In this document: positions 58,495 through 64,000 of the stretch, in pieces
Position numbering within the stretch: position 1 is the stretch's first letter
Layout of the letters: each line of letters opens with the position of its first letter
NCBI GenBank assembly: GCA_963727625.1
Contig: CAVSHR010000004.1
Coordinates: 64,001 to 128,000, forward strand
DNA: 64,000 nucleotides
Source: an uncultured delta proteobacterium
Lineage (GTDB): Bacteria; Desulfobacterota; Binatia; UBA9968
Reading direction: 5' to 3'
Position numbers and translations under genes: made by a program
Notes under the pieces: model-generated
Told to the model about the DNA's origin: nothing
The model's database searches: none
Seen by the model: only the letters and a program-made list of their open reading frames with translations

Positions 58495-61416
58495 ATGGAG
58501 ATCAAGCGGAGAGATTTTTTAAAACTACTCGGAGCAGGGGGAGCCACAACTGCGATTTCCGGCTGTTCCCCTGACTTACCGGAAAAACTCATTCCATATC
58601 TTATTCCAGCGGAGGGGATCGTGCCGGGGCAAGCGACTTGGTACGCCACGGTCTGCAGGGAATGTCCAGCAGGATGTGGAATGCTCGTTAAGACCATGGA
58701 AGGACGGGCAATCAAGGTCGAAGGAAACCCGCTCCATCCGGTAAATCAAGGAAAGCTCTGTGCGCGGGGACAGGCGAGTGTTCAGGGACTATATAATCCA
58801 GACCGGATAACCCGACCCGGCAAAAGAGGAACGGACGGATCGCTTCAACCGATCGCATGGAAAGACGCGGAAGCGGTTCTTGCCGGTCAAATTTCGGAGC
58901 TTAAGGGATCTGGAAAACGCATCGCTTTTGTTACTCCGCTTCTAACCGGAAGCCAGGATCACCTTGTGGAATTATGGCTCAAGGCCGTAGGGGGCGGGCC
59001 GCGTCTTCGTTATGAAGCGGTTAGTTATGAGTCATTGCGGGAGGCGAATCGTCTCGCATTCGGTGCGGCCGAGATTCCTTATTACGACCTCGAGCAGGCC
59101 CGCTTGATGCTCTCCTTTGGCGCGGACTTTCTAGAGACTTGGCTCTCGCCTGTGGAGTTCGCCCGGCAATTCGCCTCCATGCGTACTTACCGGGACGCTC
59201 GGCTTGCTCGTTTCGCATATATCGGACCTCGACTTTCGCTTACCGCGGCTAACAGCGACGAGTGGATTGCCATTCGACCTGGAACGGAGGTTTTTCTTGC
59301 CCTGAGCATGGTTCAGGTTATTCTCGCCGAGGGTTTGGCGATAGCTCTGCCGCAGTCAGAAACCCAAGAGCTTCACGGCTACGTGGCTGATTTTACTCCT
59401 GAGCGGATGGCTGAAAAATGCGGAATCTCGTCCGACAAAATTCGCGTTCTTGCTCGGGCTTTCGCCCGTGAGAGGCCGAGCTTGGCCATTGCCGATGGCA
59501 AGAGTTCCAACGGGACCGATACCTGCCTTGCGGTTAACCTCCTAAATTACATTGTTGGCAACGTCGGGAGTACAGTCCGCTTCGGAGCCAACGGAGCTGC
59601 CGGCCAAGTTTCATCGTACGAAGATTTTCTTAAGCTCATCGACGAGATTGAACGCGGGGAAATTGCCGTTTTACTTTTAGCCGGCGTCAATCCTCTGTTC
59701 AGCCTGCCGGATGCGAAGCGTTTCCAGGAGGCGCTAAAAAAGGTTTCTTTGATTGCAAGCTTTTCGAGTTTTCCCGATGAAATCGCCGCGGTGTCACACT
59801 TAGTTCTGCCTGACCATACATTTCTGGAAAGTTGGGGCGACTACGAGCCTTGGGAAGGCGTCCGCGGTCTGCAGCAGCCCGCGATGATGCCGCTATACGA
59901 TACCAAAAATCTTGGCGATGTGCTGCTTTCAGTGGCGAGTCGGATGGGGTTGCAAAAAACTCTGCCATGGGAGAATTTTTATAGTTATTTGAGAGACGAG
60001 TGGCAAAAGATTTACCGGGATCAAAACGCGCAAGGGGATTTTGAAACCTTTTGGACTCGGACGCTTCAGCAGGGAGGGGTTTTTCAATCTCCACCCTCAC
60101 GCGCCGTCCGATTGAATACCGAGGCGATTAAGCGCCGATATGAACCATCGGCTTTTGCGGGTCGTGAAGATGATTTGACGTTGATCCCCTATCCTTCGGC
60201 GAACTTTTATGATGGCCGCATGGCCAATCGCCCCTGGTTGCAGCAACTCCCGGACGCTCTGACGCAAATCGCCTGGGATAGCTGGGTGGATATAAATCCT
60301 CGAGACGCCGAACGTCTCGGCGTGAACGAGGCGGACATGCTTGTTCTTCAGTCTCCTTCGGGCCGGATCCAGGTGCCGGCCCATGTAACAGGCGGTGTTC
60401 GCGCTGGTGCCGTAGCCGTTCCTGTTGGCCAGGGACATACCGAGTTTGGCCGCTACGCCGCGGGTCGAGGAGCCAATCCGATTGCGCTTTTGCAAAGCGC
60501 GCCTGAGAAAGCTTCGGGCGGGCTGGTTTGGCTCGGCACTCGGGTAATTGTGACGCGAAGCGGAGAACGCTATCCTTTAGCCGCCACGATTGGAAGTGAT
60601 CGCCCCAACGAGCGGAGCATCACGCAGACAATATCCTTAGGCGCTCTGCAACGGCAATCCGAGCCAAAGCCCAAACCCGAGCTGCTGGCTATGTATCCCG
60701 ACCACCCGCATCCGAAACACCGGTGGGGGATGGTCATCGATCTGAACGCCTGTATCGGCTGTGGAGCTTGCATGGCGGCATGCAGTGCCGAAAATAATAT
60801 TGCGATCGTGGAAAAGGATCAGGTGGGTAAAGGACGCGAGATGTCGTGGATACGGATCGAGCGATTCGACGAAGGGGAAACTGACCGTCCGGATCAACAC
60901 TTCATTCCGATGCTCTGTCAGCACTGTGACAATGCCCCATGTGAGCCGGTCTGTCCCGTTTACGCGACCTATCACAATCCGGAAGGGCTTAACGTCCAGG
61001 TGTACAACCGCTGTGTGGGCACGCGGTATTGCTCCAACAATTGTCCTTATAAGGTACGGCGTTTCAATTGGTCCACGGCGAAATGGCCGGAGCCGCTGAA
61101 CCTGCAACTCAATCCGGATGTGACCGTTCGAGAGATGGGGGTCATGGAAAAGTGCAGCTTCTGCGTCCAGCGAATCCGAGTTGGAGAGTTGGCGGCTAAA
61201 GAAGCCGATCGGCAGGTCCGTGACGGAGAGATCGTTCCGGCGTGTGCTCAGACCTGCCCGACGCGCGCGATAGTTTTCGGGGATCTAGATGATCGCGAGA
61301 GTGAGGTGGCAAAACTCGCCAAGGATCCGAGAGGCTATCATGTGCTGGAGGAACTTAATACCAAGCCTGCCGTGACCTACTTAAAGAAAATAAAGCCCGG
61401 GCCGCTGGAAGGATAG
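58495..61416 (+). CDS. actB: Alternative complex III subunit B (molybdopterin-oxidoreductase-like plus 4Fe-4S fusion)
   Basis: Tat KRRDFLK; EGRAIKVEGNP; CIGCGAC, CQHCDNAPC, YNRCVGTRYCSNNCPY, MEKCSFC. Confidence 0.9.
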   Translation: MEIKRRDFLKLLGAGGATTAISGCSPDLPEKLIPYLIPAEGIVPGQATWYATVCRECPAGCGMLVKTMEGRAIKVEGNPLHPVNQGKLCARGQASVQGLYNPDRITRPGKRGTDGSLQPIAWKDAEAVLAGQISELKGSGKRIAFVTPLLTGSQDHLVELWLKAVGGGPRLRYEAVSYESLREANRLAFGAAEIPYYDLEQARLMLSFGADFLETWLSPVEFARQFASMRTYRDARLARFAYIGPRLSLTAANSDEWIAIRPGTEVFLALSMVQVILAEGLAIALPQSETQELHGYVADFTPERMAEKCGISSDKIRVLARAFARERPSLAIADGKSSNGTDTCLAVNLLNYIVGNVGSTVRFGANGAAGQVSSYEDFLKLIDEIERGEIAVLLLAGVNPLFSLPDAKRFQEALKKVSLIASFSSFPDEIAAVSHLVLPDHTFLESWGDYEPWEGVRGLQQPAMMPLYDTKNLGDVLLSVASRMGLQKTLPWENFYSYLRDEWQKIYRDQNAQGDFETFWTRTLQQGGVFQSPPSRAVRLNTEAIKRRYEPSAFAGREDDLTLIPYPSANFYDGRMANRPWLQQLPDALTQIAWDSWVDINPRDAERLGVNEADMLVLQSPSGRIQVPAHVTGGVRAGAVAVPVGQGHTEFGRYAAGRGANPIALLQSAPEKASGGLVWLGTRVIVTRSGERYPLAATIGSDRPNERSITQTISLGALQRQSEPKPKPELLAMYPDHPHPKHRWGMVIDLNACIGCGACMAACSAENNIAIVEKDQVGKGREMSWIRIERFDEGETDRPDQHFIPMLCQHCDNAPCEPVCPVYATYHNPEGLNVQVYNRCVGTRYCSNNCPYKVRRFNWSTAKWPEPLNLQLNPDVTVREMGVMEKCSFCVQRIRVGELAAKEADRQVRDGEIVPACAQTCPTRAIVFGDLDDRESEVAKLAKDPRGYHVLEELNTKPAVTYLKKIKPGPLEG

Positions 61417-62742
61417 ATGTCTCAGCTGAGCTATACTCAAGTCGATCACGACATTCTTTCGGCCATGAAAGCGCCGGGGCGGGGCTATTATTTGCTTTTG
61501 TTGGCGGACGTTTTGGTTTTGGCGTGGGGGATTTATGCCTGGCGCTACCAGATCGTTAACGGACTAGGCGTCTCGGGTCTTACGCATCCCGTCATGTGGG
61601 CTATTTACATCACCAATTTTGTCTTTTGGGTCGGAATCGCCCATTCGGGAACGCTTATCTCGGCGATACTTTACCTGTTTAGAGTTCGCTGGCGGGCGGG
61701 TATTTATCGCACCGCGGAAGCGGTTACCGTTTTCGCTCTTTTCACTGCCGGTCTTTTCCCGATTATTCATTTGGGTCGTCCGTGGTTTTTTTACTGGCTT
61801 CTCCCTTATCCTCAAGTCGGGGGATTGTGGGTTAATTTTCGCTCTCCCTTGGTGTGGGACGTTTTTGCCGTGATGACCTACATGATTATCAGCATGCTTT
61901 TCTTTTTCACCGGTCTGGTACCCGACATGGCCGTAGTTAGAAATCGCACTTCGGGTTGGCGCCATAAGATCTACGCCTTCCTGGCTCAGGGATGGCAGGG
62001 GACCGACAGGCAGTGGCGTCACTACAAGGCTGCTTATCTTTTTTTAGCCGCGCTTGCCACTCCGCTGGTTATCTCGGTTCACAGCGTGGTTTCCTGGGAC
62101 TTCGCTCAGACTATCGTTCCCGGGTGGCACAGCACCATTTTTGCTCCTTACTTTGTGGCGGGTGCCATCCATTCGGGGTTGGCCATGGTCATCACGCTGC
62201 TGATCCCGTTAAGAAAAGCGTTCCGGCTCGATGCCTATCTAACTCAGGGACACCTTGAATATCTGGCGAAGCTCATTATCCTCACCGGCCTGATCGTAGG
62301 TTACTCCTACATGGTAGAAACCTACATTGCTTGGTACAGCAACAACATCCCCGAATGGCAACGCTTCACCTTTCAGATCACAGGGGAGTATGCCATTCCT
62401 TTCTGGATCATGATTCTCTTTAATTCGCTCGTGCCGCTCCTCTTTTTTATCAAGCCCATACGGACGAGCACCCCTTGGCTCTTTGGCATTGCCATCCTGA
62501 TCAACATCGGAATGTGGACGGAACGTTTTGTCATCATCGTTACCTCGCTCGCCCACGAGTATGACCCGTACTCCTGGGGACTTTATCTCCCCACTTGGGT
62601 GGATATCAGCATCACGGCCGGCAGCTTTGCTTGGTTCTTTTTCTGGATTCTTCTGTTTGCAAAGTTTTTGCCGGTGGTTTGTATCGTGGAGGTTAAGGAA
62701 GAGTTGCCGCCACCAGTCATGGCTCAAGGAGAAGTGACATAA
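61417..62742 (+). CDS. actC: Alternative complex III NrfD-type quinol-binding subunit
   Basis: ITNFVFWVGIAHSGTLISA, HLGRPW, SPLVWD, SVHSVVSWDF, PGWHSTIF. Confidence 0.92.
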   Translation: MSQLSYTQVDHDILSAMKAPGRGYYLLLLADVLVLAWGIYAWRYQIVNGLGVSGLTHPVMWAIYITNFVFWVGIAHSGTLISAILYLFRVRWRAGIYRTAEAVTVFALFTAGLFPIIHLGRPWFFYWLLPYPQVGGLWVNFRSPLVWDVFAVMTYMIISMLFFFTGLVPDMAVVRNRTSGWRHKIYAFLAQGWQGTDRQWRHYKAAYLFLAALATPLVISVHSVVSWDFAQTIVPGWHSTIFAPYFVAGAIHSGLAMVITLLIPLRKAFRLDAYLTQGHLEYLAKLIILTGLIVGYSYMVETYIAWYSNNIPEWQRFTFQITGEYAIPFWIMILFNSLVPLLFFIKPIRTSTPWLFGIAILINIGMWTERFVIIVTSLAHEYDPYSWGLYLPTWVDISITAGSFAWFFFWILLFAKFLPVVCIVEVKEELPPPVMAQGEVT

Positions 62743-62743
62743 C

Positions 62744-63262
62744 ATGGCAGGACCACATTCGGGTTTGGTGGGAAGCTTTCGTCATCTCGATAGCCTGCTC
62801 CATGCTGTCGAGACCTTAAAGAAAACGGGCTACCGGGAATTGCAAGCTCTGTCTCCAATCCCCCATCATTCCATAGATGAGGCGCTTGAGAAGCCAACCA
62901 GTCCGGTGCGTTTGTTTACGCTCATTGGCTGTCTGCTCGGAAGCGTCACCGGGTTTGTCCTGACTATCGCGACCTCATTGCACTACCCTCTGATCACCGG
63001 GGGAAAACCTATCGTTTCCATTCCCCCTTTTCTTATCATTGTCTTTGAGCTCACAATTCTCTTTGGCGGACTCCTAACGCTGGCTGGGATGCTTTGGAAT
63101 GCCCGTCTGCCGCGGGTTCACATCGTTCCAGCTTACAATCCCCGCTTTTCCGAAGACCGCTTCGGTCTTTGGGTCCCATGCGACGAAAATAAATTTGACG
63201 AAGTAACCCGACTACTGCAGAGCGCCGGCGCTGAACAGGTTACTTCAGCGAGCAGATCATAA
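62744..63262 (+). CDS. actD: Alternative complex III subunit D (DUF3341)
   Basis: SPIPHH, GGKP, FELTILFG, FSEDRFGL. Confidence 0.88.
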   Translation: MAGPHSGLVGSFRHLDSLLHAVETLKKTGYRELQALSPIPHHSIDEALEKPTSPVRLFTLIGCLLGSVTGFVLTIATSLHYPLITGGKPIVSIPPFLIIVFELTILFGGLLTLAGMLWNARLPRVHIVPAYNPRFSEDRFGLWVPCDENKFDEVTRLLQSAGAEQVTSASRS

Positions 63263-63283
63263 AGCGGCGGACCGGTCATTACC

Positions 63284-64000
63284 GTGGAAGAAAACTCACT
63301 GCACGAAGATTGGCAAAAGAACTGGCTACTTCGACCGAGTATTCCGCGAAGCTTGGTTTGGATATTCGGCATATTAGTCGGCTTTGGCGTGGTCGCATTC
63401 GTGACCGGCCTTCTGTTGGACCCGATACGAAGCTGGCAAAGCTATTTGATCAACTTCTTGTTTTGGAGCGGCCTCGCTCAGGGTGGAGTAGTGTTTGCCG
63501 CAATTTACCATGTAGTCGGAGCGAAATGGGGATCAACGGTCCGGCGCCTGGCCGAGGGAATGGCGACATTTTTACCGGTAAGCTTTGTTCTTTTCCTGCC
63601 TTTATTTTTCGGCGTGAGAATGTTTTTTGGTCACCTCCGTGAAGTCAATCCGAACCGTGGAGCCTGGTTTGACCCGCGGTTCATTTTCGTAAGGGGCGCG
63701 CTGGGCCTAGGGTTGATGACAGTTCTGAGCCTATTTTTTGTCTACTATTCTCTCCGTCCTGAAGTCGGTTTTGCCCAGGAGCGCAAACTTGGGCAAAATA
63801 GCTGGCTCTACAGCTGGATGACTGAGGGATGGAAAGGCGTAGGGGCAGAGACACGGCATGGCGAAGTAGGGATGAATTTCCTCGCGGCGGGAGTCCTTCT
63901 GGCTTACCCAATGATCTATACGTTTATGGCGTTTGATCTAATCATGGCGCTAGATCCGTTCTGGTACAGCTCTTTATTCGGCGGTTATTTCTTTATCAGC
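63284..64000 (+). CDS. actF: Alternative complex III subunit F-like membrane protein (runs off the window; absent from the ORF track)
   Basis: Open frame from GTG 63284: WQSYLINFLFW, AKWGSTVRRLAE, FDLIMALDPFWYSSLFGGY. Confidence 0.82.
   Translation, partial: MEENSLHEDWQKNWLLRPSIPRSLVWIFGILVGFGVVAFVTGLLLDPIRSWQSYLINFLFWSGLAQGGVVFAAIYHVVGAKWGSTVRRLAEGMATFLPVSFVLFLPLFFGVRMFFGHLREVNPNRGAWFDPRFIFVRGALGLGLMTVLSLFFVYYSLRPEVGFAQERKLGQNSWLYSWMTEGWKGVGAETRHGEVGMNFLAAGVLLAYPMIYTFMAFDLIMALDPFWYSSLFGGYFFIS

Noticed and set aside
58495-61416. Formate dehydrogenase, nitrate reductase or polysulfide reductase catalytic subunit
   Set aside because: Fusion to the 4Fe-4S domain and the actA/C/D/F context identify ActB; no Mo-ligand motif is evident.
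63310-63642. 110-aa ORF suggesting a frameshifted actF
   Set aside because: It is an alternative frame; the real frame from GTG 63284 is open to the window end.

Overview
GC-rich bacterial chromosomal window. The gene content (ccsA-hemA-hemC-hemD-hemB, stand-alone NMT1/SsuA-type binding proteins, amidohydrolase, Rieske oxygenase, UbiD, ComDE-like genes) suggests a deltaproteobacterial-type lineage such as Candidatus Binatia; this is inference only. Positions 1-39600 hold housekeeping and catabolic genes. Two of them are selenoprotein candidates that the ORF track breaks at an in-frame TGA: a CxxU glutathione S-transferase (9464-10027) and a signal-peptide-bearing peroxiredoxin (20812-21360) next to a cytochrome c'. 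Each has a SECIS-like hairpin right after the UGA. A 9-bp-period GTTCAA repeat element occurs at three intergenic loci. Positions 39600-57200 are a partly decaying copper island: cytochrome c-CusF fusion, CusF lipoprotein, TolC, multicopper oxidase, CopA, a DUF1573-CcdA-DUF1573 module, Gly/Met/Tyr repeat proteins, SHOCT proteins and an adenylate cyclase with a Met-rich ectodomain. No CueR, CsoR or CusRS gene is visible in the window. Instead, its blocks are headed by paralogous ~130-aa leader-like ORFs; the two intact ones are followed by a terminator or hairpin, which suggests a translation-coupled attenuation system. A ~770-bp diverged direct repeat brackets 12.5 kb of the island. The window ends in an alternative complex III operon (actABCD-F, running off the end). 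No rRNA, tRNA, CRISPR array, integrase or transposase was recognised.
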